DNA of 64,000 nucleotides from NCBI GenBank assembly GCA_038064575.1, contig JBBTST010000005.1:1382-65381 (forward strand), read 5' to 3'. Under the pieces are notes generated by a model that searched no databases, was not told the origin of the DNA, and saw only the letters and a list, made by a program, of their open reading frames with translations. The position numbers and the translations under genes were made by a program. Below are positions 54,436 through 63,624 of this stretch, in pieces (position 1 is the first letter of the stretch; each line of letters opens with the position of its first letter). Source of the DNA: Patescibacteria group bacterium (GTDB taxonomy: Bacteria; Patescibacteriota; WWE3; UBA101185; 2-01-FULL-41-18).

Positions 54436-55203
54436 TTACTTAAATAAGTAGGTATCTTCCAGATCAGAATAAGAACTGTCAAATGAATGCTCTTTAAGCC
54501 AAGCTTTAGCTATAACTTTAAAAGAACACTTTTTATTTATAATATGCTCTCCTTCCTCACTTTCCTCTTCCTCCTTGTCATCCTTATCTTCCTCATGATC
54601 ATCATCCTCATCATGATTACTTTTTTTGAAGGTGGTAACAGTAAAATTAAACTGTTGTTTGTTTCCTTTTTTAAGCTCAAGTTGTACCTTGTCTTGATCC
54701 TCATCTATTATCACATTGGTTAACAAACCATCATATAGTATTAAGGCTGTATTATCCTCATCCAAAAATATTTTTAATTTTGCATTGGAACAATAACTAT
54801 TATCCACTATATCTTTAATTTCCAGATTATAGTAAAAATCTAACAACCCCTCATTCTTCACAATTAGAGTTTCTGCTTTAGTTTTTGATCTTTCTTCCTC
54901 ACAGTCGTCATCTTCTTCCCCATCCCTTCTATCCATACCTTTCCACTCATTTTCATGTTCTTTCCTATCATTATCTTCGTTGTCATCAGACTCATCATCA
55001 TCTTCCTTGTCACACTCCTCCTTATCATGGTTATCTTCTTTTTTATTCTGTTTTTTTAAACTTAAATCCAAAGTAAGAGCAGAAAGATTGTTTTCTTCAG
55101 TAAACTCCGTATCAGCATAATAAGAGGATGTGCTTGGAATAAAAAATAAATAGGTTAAAAACAAAAGAATGGTTGACTTTAGCAATAGACTTTTGATTTT
55201 CAT
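54436..55203 (-). CDS. secreted acidic (D/E-rich) protein
   Basis: 255 aa with a signal peptide and two long D/E-rich low-complexity segments. Confidence 0.4.
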   Translation of the reverse strand: MKIKSLLLKSTILLFLTYLFFIPSTSSYYADTEFTEENNLSALTLDLSLKKQNKKEDNHDKEECDKEDDDESDDNEDNDRKEHENEWKGMDRRDGEEDDDCEEERSKTKAETLIVKNEGLLDFYYNLEIKDIVDNSYCSNAKLKIFLDEDNTALILYDGLLTNVIIDEDQDKVQLELKKGNKQQFNFTVTTFKKSNHDEDDDHEEDKDDKEEEESEEGEHIINKKCSFKVIAKAWLKEHSFDSSYSDLEDTYLFK

Positions 55204-55204
55204 T

Positions 55205-55789
55205 CTAAATTAAAGATGATATCTTTTCCTTACTTTTTTTCTTTCCTGAAATAGTCTTTAACACTTGAACCTTTATATTCAAAAGCTCAGAATAAATGAT
55301 TATGGTTGCAGGAATTATAATTAGAGATATAAATCCTGGTAGTGTTTTCACAAAAAGCAGTGGAAATCCAACTAAAGGCACACTAAAAATCACTTTTCCC
55401 AACACACTCTCTGCACTAATTTGCCCTGAATCATCAGCATCATTTGAATCACCTTTAGTAGAAAAAGTTACAGGTTTTAAGGCTTGGTCTCTTTTAACTT
55501 TGGAAATTCTGTGTGTAGTAGTCTCCTTAGATCTGGAAGTGTTTCTAAAAGTAATTACATCCCCAATTGCATAATTTTCAAATTGTTTAACAACAATCAA
55601 ACTTCCCATAGGAACAGACGGGAACATAGATCCAGACTGAACACTAAAAACTTTAACTTTAAAAGGTATTTCAAGATTTGAAAGGAAGAGTACAAGTGCT
55701 ACAAAAGCAAGAATCAAGAGTAAACACCAATACAATCCTCCTAAAACTTTTTTTATCATTTTGCTTCCAAAGCGGTGGGAGTTACCCAC
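55205..55789 (-). CDS. SipW-like (archaeal/ER-type) signal peptidase I
   Basis: 194 aa with an N-terminal TM helix and SGSMFPS (catalytic Ser context of SipW/Spc21-type S26 peptidases). It sits 3' of two TasA-like substrate genes. Confidence 0.6.
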   Translation of the reverse strand: MGNSHRFGSKMIKKVLGGLYWCLLLILAFVALVLFLSNLEIPFKVKVFSVQSGSMFPSVPMGSLIVVKQFENYAIGDVITFRNTSRSKETTTHRISKVKRDQALKPVTFSTKGDSNDADDSGQISAESVLGKVIFSVPLVGFPLLFVKTLPGFISLIIIPATIIIYSELLNIKVQVLKTISGKKKSKEKISSLI

Positions 55790-55822
55790 CGCTCAAAGAA
55801 TATCAATTAACTAACAACTTAC

Positions 55823-56662
55823 CTATAAAACCACACATCTAAAATCTGTGTTGTTTCTGGATTGAACTGCTCTGAATGTAACATCCGCGGTCAGACTGTC
55901 TGACTGGGCGGTGTTATCAACCAGGCTTCCATTACAGGTAAAGCCTGCACCTCTTGGAAGCTGAGTAGCCCCATCTATAGAAGTTGGACCATTTGTAGTC
56001 AGGTTGTCCTGTGTAACTTTAGTTTCAGTTATGGCACCAAAGCACCACCCTTTTCCTATGTATCTTGTGGAGTCTCCGGGTAGGACGTTATTGGTGTCCC
56101 CCCAGATATTGGTTGAAGAATCAGCCAACGCCACTGTTGCTGTCTGGTTGACGGCAAGAGCTCCCAACGGACCTCCTGGAAGAGTAGTCTCATTTGTTTC
56201 AAGTACATTATCCCCATCATCTGCCCACCACAGAAAGTTGACTTGGTCTGCAAGCTCCCCTTCTCCAATACCCAATAATCCTGGAGAGGTGTCCCCTGCT
56301 TGACCTTCAGGCTCAGTTAAGCCGTTGTCATCATCACTCGTTAAAGTAACATCAGCACAAAGCCAGGAATCATTATTATTTACATGAGCACTGATTGTAT
56401 CTTCTCCATAATCTCCGGGTTTAAGATCCCTGAAGTCAAAAAACTTCTGAATGGTTAAATCAGAGATTGTCCAGGTTGTATTAGGAGAAGTTACTCCATT
56501 GTAATAACTTGTATTATCTATTTGAAGGTCAATAGACCCGGCAGCCAACACATTTCCGGTGGATGTTTCAGTGTCCTGAAAAAATGCCCTTGTACCGGCT
56601 ACAGCAATTACAGCCGTTGTTGAAACCACTAATAAACTTGATAGAATCTTTTTCATTTTCAC
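55823..56662 (-). CDS. TasA/camelysin-like protein with a SipW-cognate signal peptide
   Basis: 279 aa. The N-terminus ends in AGTRAFFQDTETSTGNVLAAGSIDLQ, matching the SipW-cognate motif (A-F-F-x-D-x-E-x-S...AG.(I/L)DL). Confidence 0.6.
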   Translation of the reverse strand: MKMKKILSSLLVVSTTAVIAVAGTRAFFQDTETSTGNVLAAGSIDLQIDNTSYYNGVTSPNTTWTISDLTIQKFFDFRDLKPGDYGEDTISAHVNNNDSWLCADVTLTSDDDNGLTEPEGQAGDTSPGLLGIGEGELADQVNFLWWADDGDNVLETNETTLPGGPLGALAVNQTATVALADSSTNIWGDTNNVLPGDSTRYIGKGWCFGAITETKVTQDNLTTNGPTSIDGATQLPRGAGFTCNGSLVDNTAQSDSLTADVTFRAVQSRNNTDFRCVVL

Positions 56663-56684
56663 CTCCTTTTTAAGAAACTTTTAA

Positions 56685-58004
56685 TTACAATTGATTCGCG
56701 CAGGAATCAGTTTTTTTAGCATCAATCGCATCTATATCATATCCATCTGCAGTTGCTGCATGAATTGCTGGATTTGTGGTATCGGTAAGCCTTATATATA
56801 AAATCCAGGAAAATCCGGTTGGGGAAAAATCTTTAAGACCAATCCCAGCTCCCCCTTCACTTGATTGACTTGTCACTTCTCCAATAGATGTAAAATTAAC
56901 TCCATCCGGACTTACTTCAACCAAAGCTTTTTCAAGAGGAAATGTAGCTCTTCCATTAGTTATTTCATGAAAAGAAAGATCAAACCCATCAACATTTACA
57001 ACAGGTTGGTTAAATTTAACCACCAATGACCCGCCAAACCCCAAACTAAAAAAACCTGTTCCCAAAGCCCCATTTCCATCAGGTACGCCCAAGGCATTTG
57101 AAGGCGTACTTCTTGCCGGCAATACGTCTGAACCATCTTTTCTATTGCCCTGGTTGCTGGCAAACACACTATTGGCAAACACATTCTCCGCTATTACACA
57201 ATCCTCCCCTTGACACTTAAAAGTAGCATTGTTTCTAGCCTGAACCGCCGTAAAAGTTATATCTGCCTTCAAACTGTCAGACTGGGTTATGTTATTTTCC
57301 GCGCTTCCACTGCAGTCAATACCGGGATCAATCAAAGGGTTATTATTCCCGGGCGTAACGGCAGATAAGCTCATATTCCCAAAACACCAAGCCTTTCCTA
57401 TATAGTAAGTTTGGTCTGCCTTTGCAGGTTCACCATTTACACCTCCCAATTTATTTTTTATAGAATCTGCCAAAGTCCAGGTAGCATTCAGAACATTCTT
57501 TGCTAGCCCTTGCGCAATTTGAGAAGAGGAGGAAGCCTCATCAGTTTCTAACACATTATCTCCATCATCCCTCCAGAATATAAATTTTATATGAGAAGCA
57601 AGTTCACCATCAAATAAATTTCCACCATCTTCTTCAGCATCACCATCTCCAAGTTCAGGTTCAGTTGAAGATTTATCATCATCCTCAGTTAGAGTTAAAT
57701 TTGCACAAAGCCAAGCCGGGTTTGTGTTTACATGAAGAGAAATTGTATCTTCTCCATAATCTCCGGGTTTCAAATCCTTAAAATCTAAAAATCTTTCCAC
57801 TGTTAAATCTTTTAATTCCCATGAAGTCTCAGGAGAAGCCTCCCCGTTATAATAACTTGTATTGTCTATCTTAAGATCTATTTCTCCTGCTGATAAATTG
57901 TTGTTGGTTGAAGTTTCGGGATCTGAAAAAAATGCATTGGTCCCCGCAATGGCAGATGCAGAAGCAATCAGTATAGCAAGAATGCTAACAGGCAGTTTTT
58001 TCAT
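56685..58004 (-). CDS. TasA/camelysin-like protein with a SipW-cognate signal peptide (longer paralogue)
   Basis: 439 aa. Its N-terminus, AGTNAFFSDPETSTNNNLSAGEIDLKIDNTSYYNG, parallels the downstream paralogue. Confidence 0.6.
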   Translation of the reverse strand: MKKLPVSILAILIASASAIAGTNAFFSDPETSTNNNLSAGEIDLKIDNTSYYNGEASPETSWELKDLTVERFLDFKDLKPGDYGEDTISLHVNTNPAWLCANLTLTEDDDKSSTEPELGDGDAEEDGGNLFDGELASHIKFIFWRDDGDNVLETDEASSSSQIAQGLAKNVLNATWTLADSIKNKLGGVNGEPAKADQTYYIGKAWCFGNMSLSAVTPGNNNPLIDPGIDCSGSAENNITQSDSLKADITFTAVQARNNATFKCQGEDCVIAENVFANSVFASNQGNRKDGSDVLPARSTPSNALGVPDGNGALGTGFFSLGFGGSLVVKFNQPVVNVDGFDLSFHEITNGRATFPLEKALVEVSPDGVNFTSIGEVTSQSSEGGAGIGLKDFSPTGFSWILYIRLTDTTNPAIHAATADGYDIDAIDAKKTDSCANQL

Positions 58005-58264
58005 GTGGACCTATATTTTCAAAAACCCAAAATTATAGCAAGCAATTTTTATTAGCTCTTTTTAATTTATTATAATCAAAAAGGGAAATGACTTGATTTA
58101 TAGTCTTTACTATTGGCAAAATCAAATACACCTCACGGGAAGCTTTAAAGGTTAAGTTAAACTAAAGATCCTCCAAAATAAGTTTTCTGACTAAAACCAT
58201 TAGTCCAACTATTTTAAACCCAACACTATTGTCAAAGTATAAAATGTTTGAAATTTCTGTTCTC

Positions 58265-58342
58265 TGGGGTGGCTGATGGGACTTGAACCCACAACATCCT
58301 CCTCCACAGGGAGGCGCTCTAACCAATTGAACTACAGCCACC
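58265..58342 (-). tRNA. tRNA-His (anticodon GUG)
   Basis: An encoded G(-1) precedes acceptor GTGGCTG/CAGCCAC. Anticodon stem CCTCC/GGAGG with loop CTGTGGA, T-arm GTGGGTTCAAGTCCCAT, discriminator C, and an encoded CCA. Confidence 0.85.
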
Positions 58343-58433
58343 ACGCAATTAACTTAAAAAACTAAAGAGATTATACAAAATATCTCCCTTTAAGTCTAAG
58401 TTTTGCTGTGGTTATTGGATTTTTGCCTTTTAC

Positions 58434-59840
58434 CTACTTAATGTCCCAATTTTTAAAATCTGCAAACCTACCGTGTGAATAATATGTATTGGAAAGAGCA
58501 TCTCCTGGGATCTCAATTCTGTCTGAATGATAGTATTTTAGGATTGGGTGATACAAAAACACAACCGGCGCGTTTTCAAATATAACCTCCTGAAAAACTC
58601 CGTAATGTTTTTTTCTGTTCTCCACCTCAATTGCATTTCTACCCTCTTCCAAAGATCTATCAAGCCTTACATTATCAAACCCGGATAAATTTAAACCCGG
58701 AGCATCAGATCTGGTGGAATGCCATAGAGCATATCTATCCGGGTCTCTTGATACCTCCTGACCATATAGAAGCACTTCAAATTCCCTTTTCTCAACAAGA
58801 TCTTTTTCTATATCTTCTGAACTTTTAGGTTTCAAAGCAAGTTCCACGCCAACCTTTGCCCAAGACTTCTGAATTAGCTTTCCCAGTTCCATCTGATCTG
58901 AAGAATTAGGAACTATCATTTCAAGCTTCAAATTCAAGTTATCAGTGTAGTTTGCATCATACTCATTAAAGTTAAGCTCCCCACTGGTATAGCTGTTTTG
59001 ACTTATAGGACCCTTAACTTCTACGCCTTTCCTTTTAATCAATTCAGCTATGGGTGTTGCTTTAGCTAATTTTTTTCTAAGCTCGCTTTTTTCCAGCTTC
59101 TCATTTCTAGTATTAAAAATTAACGAATAATATATTCCTCCCAAGGGAAATTCCAATTTTTGTAAGTTTTTATAAACTAATGATTCAGGAGAAATAAAAC
59201 CGTCAATCTCTCCAAGTTTAAAAGCTGTAAATAGCTGATCGTTATTTTCATAATATCTGACAGCAATTCTTGGTATTTTGTAGGTTGCAACTTTACTTTG
59301 CAGTAAAACCTCCTTCACTATAGGACCTTCCTTTTTAATCCTGACAATTTGATATGGTCCCGAGGAAACAGGCTCAAGAGCAGTTCCTAAGCCAGTAGCA
59401 GGAATAACCCCTTGCGTCAGAATGTGCGGAAAGGGAGAAAATTTGTTAGGAAGACTGTACCTAATAGTATATTTATTGATTTTATCCGTGGCTATTTCTT
59501 TAAGATTGGGAGCAGTAAATGCCGAATACAAAAGATCATCAGCAGTTATTTCATTTCCATTTGACCATTTTTGCCCTTTTTTTAAATAAACAGTGTATTC
59601 CAAACCATCATCCGACACATCCAATGAATCCGCCAGATCCTCAGTCAAGACCCCCTCCTTATCATAGGTAAACAAACCCCTAAAAAGCATTTTGGAAATA
59701 GTTTTATCATTCTCGTTCAAAGCTTCATGTGGAAAAAAGGAGGTCGGTTGACCCACAAAGCCTTCAATATAGGTTTTTTGAGGGTAAAAAGTAACAAAAA
59801 GAGCTGTTAAAAAAGAGAGAGACTGACTTAATATATTCAT
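58434..59840 (-). CDS. ABC transporter substrate-binding protein (family 5, peptide/nickel type)
   Basis: 468 aa with a signal anchor. Overall organisation matches SBP_bac_5 proteins. Confidence 0.65.
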   Translation of the reverse strand: MNILSQSLSFLTALFVTFYPQKTYIEGFVGQPTSFFPHEALNENDKTISKMLFRGLFTYDKEGVLTEDLADSLDVSDDGLEYTVYLKKGQKWSNGNEITADDLLYSAFTAPNLKEIATDKINKYTIRYSLPNKFSPFPHILTQGVIPATGLGTALEPVSSGPYQIVRIKKEGPIVKEVLLQSKVATYKIPRIAVRYYENNDQLFTAFKLGEIDGFISPESLVYKNLQKLEFPLGGIYYSLIFNTRNEKLEKSELRKKLAKATPIAELIKRKGVEVKGPISQNSYTSGELNFNEYDANYTDNLNLKLEMIVPNSSDQMELGKLIQKSWAKVGVELALKPKSSEDIEKDLVEKREFEVLLYGQEVSRDPDRYALWHSTRSDAPGLNLSGFDNVRLDRSLEEGRNAIEVENRKKHYGVFQEVIFENAPVVFLYHPILKYYHSDRIEIPGDALSNTYYSHGRFADFKNWDIK

Positions 59841-60004
59841 AGTACTTGGGAAGTTTTGACTTTAAGATTATAACAAATGCTGACCAAAGAGTCTTTTTTG
59901 CTTGAAGCTTTACCCATTCAGAAGCTTGAGGGTATTTGAGAATGCTGATAGAATTTGCAGGTCTTAAGCGGCAGGAGCTTTGTTACTTTTTAATCTGCAG
60001 TCTA

Positions 60005-60081
60005 GGCCCCGTCGTCTAGCGGTCAAGGACGTCGCCTTTTCAGGGCGAATATCGCGGGTTCGAATCCCGCCGGGGTCACCA
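60005..60081 (+). tRNA. tRNA-Glu (anticodon UUC)
   Basis: Acceptor GGCCCCG/CGGGGTC (one G-U), D-arm with TCTAGCGGTCAAGGA, anticodon stem TCGCC/GGCGA with loop TTTTCAG, T-arm GCGGGTTCGAATCCCGC, and an encoded CCA. Confidence 0.85.
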
Positions 60082-60088
60082 CTAAAGA

Positions 60089-61117
60089 TCAGTAAATTCT
60101 AAAAACTCTCCTATCCAAACTAACACAGGGGTTCCCTTTGATTACAGTGATTTCTCCGTTCTCAAGATCTGCCAAAAAAGAAAAAACGGTTTTTATGTCT
60201 TTATCATGTCTACAAACCGCATTATTACCCTCCGAGGTTCCATGATATGAAAGTATTTCTACCAAGTCATCAATGTTAACAGCCTTTTGATATCTATTTA
60301 GAAGATCAAGAATTTTTTTACATCTGTTGCAAGAGTTAACGTAGTCTAAAGAAAGTTTATCATCCCTCTCGTATTTATTCATTTTCTCTGACAGGTAGTG
60401 ATTTGTGTGTGCTAAAAAGCCATCAGTCATTTTAAGCAGCTCAAAATCAGTGGCGGAGCCTTCTATACTTAAAGCCTCACCTGATTTAGAAGAAATAATA
60501 GTGTTATAAGAAGATGCTCTATGGGAGTGAAGCGTAACATTTACGGCATCTTCAAAAGTTTCCTGCGCCATTGCAACTCTAGCCAACAAAAGTCTTGGTA
60601 TACCTACCCTATCATCATTTGGGCTAACTTCATTACCTGTCACACAAAGCCCAAGGCAATTTATACCTACACTCACAAAGATCCCACAAACCCCTACACT
60701 TAGCTGTCTTGGTTCTTCCGGTATATTCCAATCAACTATAACCAGCATTTCTTCATATAAGGGACTTAGGTCATTGTTGTGCCCAACAAGCATTCTCCCC
60801 TGGTTAACCAGCACATCACTACATTTTCCAAAGGGTGTCTTAACTGTGTAAAGCTCCTCTATGCTACAAATAAACAACTCCAAAAAGTCTACTCCGGCGC
60901 CCTTAGCTGCTCCTTCTAGCTCATCAATCACCCAAGGAAAGTAAACTTTGGTAATCTTTAAACACTTGTTTGCAAGCTTCAAACACTTCTCCCACGAGTG
61001 AATAGTCACTAAATACTCTTTATAGTCCCTAACCATTTCTTTAAAACTGGCAGGATACTTGTTTCCAAGTTGGAAGCCACAAGCGTAGTGGGTTCCTTCA
61101 ACCCTAATATATTCCAT
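60089..61117 (-). CDS. C45-family (acyl-CoA:6-APA acyltransferase / choloylglycine hydrolase-like) Ntn-hydrolase
   Basis: 342 aa. The internal nucleophile context is FGKCSDVLV...GHNND, typical of self-processing Ntn hydrolases of the C45/C59 type. Confidence 0.4.
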   Translation of the reverse strand: MEYIRVEGTHYACGFQLGNKYPASFKEMVRDYKEYLVTIHSWEKCLKLANKCLKITKVYFPWVIDELEGAAKGAGVDFLELFICSIEELYTVKTPFGKCSDVLVNQGRMLVGHNNDLSPLYEEMLVIVDWNIPEEPRQLSVGVCGIFVSVGINCLGLCVTGNEVSPNDDRVGIPRLLLARVAMAQETFEDAVNVTLHSHRASSYNTIISSKSGEALSIEGSATDFELLKMTDGFLAHTNHYLSEKMNKYERDDKLSLDYVNSCNRCKKILDLLNRYQKAVNIDDLVEILSYHGTSEGNNAVCRHDKDIKTVFSFLADLENGEITVIKGNPCVSLDRRVFRIY

Positions 61118-61151
61118 TTGAGAAGTATAACATTGAAGTTTAAGAGCTAAG

Positions 61152-62324
61152 TTAAAAACTGAACAGGTCTAAAATTCTTGAGACAAACCCCTGATCATTT
61201 CTAACAAAAGTACCGGTGGACGCATCATATACTAAGCTTGAAGGTATATTAAGCGTAAATAAACCTAGCAACTTCTCAGATTTAGTTCCTGTAACAACAT
61301 ACTCAAGATTTTTTGGTTGGTTGATTTGGGAATCCAAGGAAACCCCACCTACTGAGTCCAAATCATCAGAAGCCTGGGCTCTTTGTACTACACTATCAGG
61401 CATAGCTTTTAACTCAACATCTCCTGATGGAGTTTTAACAAATATTTTACCGGTAGCATCATCAACTGACATTGGAAACTTTGATAAAGCATCAACACCC
61501 TGTCTTGATACTACAAAGTTGTTCTGGTTTAGCCTAATTCTAAGCCTGCTTTCAGAAGAGGCTTCATTGTCATCATCCCCTGTTCTTACAATTAGTTCGT
61601 TTTTCTTAACATTAAATCTAACTCTGGAAAGCTCGGTATCCCCTGCCTTAACTTTAAGCTCCACTCTCTTCCCATCCTCAGTTTTTAATTCAAAATCAGA
61701 AAGCTTGGTACCGGTAGCATCATACACTTTAACTCTACTCTCTTCTTTTCCATTCTCATTTTCATACTTTTCAACTCTTATTTTATTTCCTTCGGCATCA
61801 AAGGTCTTTATCTCATATTTATATTTACCATCATCTTCAACTTCAGTTTCTATTATTGAAACAGTACCATCAGGGTTAACAACTCTTCTTTTAGATTCGT
61901 TCTCATCTTCCTTACCATCATCTTCATCCTCATTCTCATCTTCCACCTCTGTTGAAGATCTGGTACGTAAATTTCCTGAGCCTGAATTACTTGACCTATC
62001 ATCCTCATCCTTATCGTCATCCTTATCCTCGTCAGCGTCTTCATTTTCATCGTCTTTATCTTCAGTATCGTTATCATCTTCATCCCTTTCATCATTATCA
62101 TTGTCATCCGAGTCATTGTCCTTGTCATCTCCACCACTATCGCTATCACCATCGTCATCATCAGAATCACTTCCCTTACTTAAAACGGATCCTGATTCTT
62201 TTTTTGAATTACTATAAACACCAACAAAAGACCCAACGCTTAACAAAAGAAGTACTAATAAAACCGGGAGCAATGTTATATACAGAGAGATTGATGATTG
62301 TTTTATTTTTTTAGGCAGATTCAT
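61152..62324 (-). CDS. secreted acidic protein with a long D/E/N-rich low-complexity region
   Basis: 390 aa with a signal anchor, about 120 aa of D/E/N/S repeats, then a beta-rich C-terminal region. Confidence 0.45.
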   Translation of the reverse strand: MNLPKKIKQSSISLYITLLPVLLVLLLLSVGSFVGVYSNSKKESGSVLSKGSDSDDDDGDSDSGGDDKDNDSDDNDNDERDEDDNDTEDKDDENEDADEDKDDDKDEDDRSSNSGSGNLRTRSSTEVEDENEDEDDGKEDENESKRRVVNPDGTVSIIETEVEDDGKYKYEIKTFDAEGNKIRVEKYENENGKEESRVKVYDATGTKLSDFELKTEDGKRVELKVKAGDTELSRVRFNVKKNELIVRTGDDDNEASSESRLRIRLNQNNFVVSRQGVDALSKFPMSVDDATGKIFVKTPSGDVELKAMPDSVVQRAQASDDLDSVGGVSLDSQINQPKNLEYVVTGTKSEKLLGLFTLNIPSSLVYDASTGTFVRNDQGFVSRILDLFSF

Positions 62325-62363
62325 AGTTTAATTAAAGTTGAATCCATTCCATTTGTCAATAAT

Positions 62364-63452
62364 CTAATCTACTATGTAACTTTTAATATCAGAAAGTGCG
62401 TCTCTAACTTTATTTTTAAATGACGAACTCTCAGTCATTATACTTATCAGGGAGGCGGCAAGTTTGTGTGGATCGTGCCTGAGTAAACTTCTGACAGATT
62501 TATCCACCGGAGACTTCTCAAACTTAAAGTCGGATAAGAAATCTCCCCTTATTTGAAACCTTCCTTGAAGTTCAAGCTTTTCCAGATCATTCTCAACAAC
62601 TTTCTCGTCATCTTTTTCATAGTACTCAGTTGCAAATTTAGGAATTTGGCTGTCATTAATAAGTATAAAGTTAATTTTTTTGCCCAAATACCTTTCAATA
62701 TCCAACACATGATCTGAAGCTTTATAGTCAGTGGTTTGCCCTTTTTTGGTAACAAGATTAACTATATAGATAAGCTTAGCTTCACTTTTGAGAAGGGTAT
62801 CTCCAAAACCTTTTGTAATGATATTTGGTATCACACTTGTGTATAAATCTCCCGGGCCAAATATTATAAAATCCGCTTCCTCCAAAGCTTTTTTTGCAGG
62901 GAGAGCCAGCTGTGCTCCCGGGTCTAAGTAAGCTTTCCTTATCCTTGAGTTAGTTTTTTGAGCCTTATCTATTAAGCCCTCACCTTTCACTATTTCTCCG
63001 TCTTCATATTCAACACACAGGTGTGCTTTATCTAAAGTTACTGGGAGCACTTTTCCTTTAGTTCCAAGTATAAAGGAGGCATGCTCCAAAACCTCATCAT
63101 AATCTTTTGCAATCTTTTCAAGAGCCGTAATAAAAATGTTTCCAAAGTTGTGTCCTAACAAGTCCCCACTCTCAAATCTATACAAAAATAACTTTCTCCA
63201 AAGGTCTGGTGCTTCCGACAAAGCAACCAAACACTGCCTTAGATCCCCAGGCGGAAGCACTCCTAATTGATCTCTAAGCCTTCCTGTTGATCCGCCGCTA
63301 TCCATCATTGACACAACTGCTGAAATATCAAGATTGTAATTTTTTAAACCTGTTAGTACTGTATAAGTTCCTGTACCACCGCCAATCACAACCACTTTTT
63401 TCATAAGATTTTTATAAGAAACAATACAATTATACCTCTTTATGCTTACCAA
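62364..63452 (-). CDS. YvcK/CofD-like protein (gluconeogenesis factor / UPF0052)
   Basis: 362 aa with the N-terminal VVIGGGTGTYTVLTGLK...MDSGGSTGRLRD signature of the YvcK/CofD family. Confidence 0.75.
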   Translation of the reverse strand: MVSIKRYNCIVSYKNLMKKVVVIGGGTGTYTVLTGLKNYNLDISAVVSMMDSGGSTGRLRDQLGVLPPGDLRQCLVALSEAPDLWRKLFLYRFESGDLLGHNFGNIFITALEKIAKDYDEVLEHASFILGTKGKVLPVTLDKAHLCVEYEDGEIVKGEGLIDKAQKTNSRIRKAYLDPGAQLALPAKKALEEADFIIFGPGDLYTSVIPNIITKGFGDTLLKSEAKLIYIVNLVTKKGQTTDYKASDHVLDIERYLGKKINFILINDSQIPKFATEYYEKDDEKVVENDLEKLELQGRFQIRGDFLSDFKFEKSPVDKSVRSLLRHDPHKLAASLISIMTESSSFKNKVRDALSDIKSYIVD

Positions 63453-63536
63453 CAGTTTATAAATGTTATAATTCCGCTTGAAAGTAAATAAGATAAAAGC
63501 TAAACTTTCGTAGTTTAAAAATCGGTAAAGTCCATG

Positions 63537-63611
63537 AGGGGGCGTAGCTCAGTGGTAGAGCAGCGGCCTTTTAAGCCGCGTGTCGTGAGTTCGATCCTCA
63601 CCGCCCTCACC
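63537..63611 (+). tRNA. tRNA-Lys (anticodon UUU)
   Basis: Acceptor GGGGGCG/CGCCCTC (one G-U), D-arm GCTCAGTGGTAGAGC, anticodon stem GCGGC/GCCGC with loop CTTTTAA, T-arm GTGAGTTCGATCCTCAC, and an encoded CCA. Confidence 0.85.
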
Positions 63612-63624
63612 AATAAACAGTCCG

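Noticed and set aside
53519-55076. Several 60-125-aa plus-strand ORFs opposite the acidic secreted protein genes
   Set aside because: Antisense to low-complexity E/D-rich coding sequence. No independent start context or domain.
61216-62217. 333-aa S/L-rich plus-strand ORF, and the 105-aa and 120-aa ORFs at 61853-62314
   Set aside because: These are the antisense (or alternate-frame) readings of the D/E/N-rich low-complexity repeat in the acidic secreted protein gene 61152-62324. The composition is a mirror-image artifact of GAT/GAA repeats.
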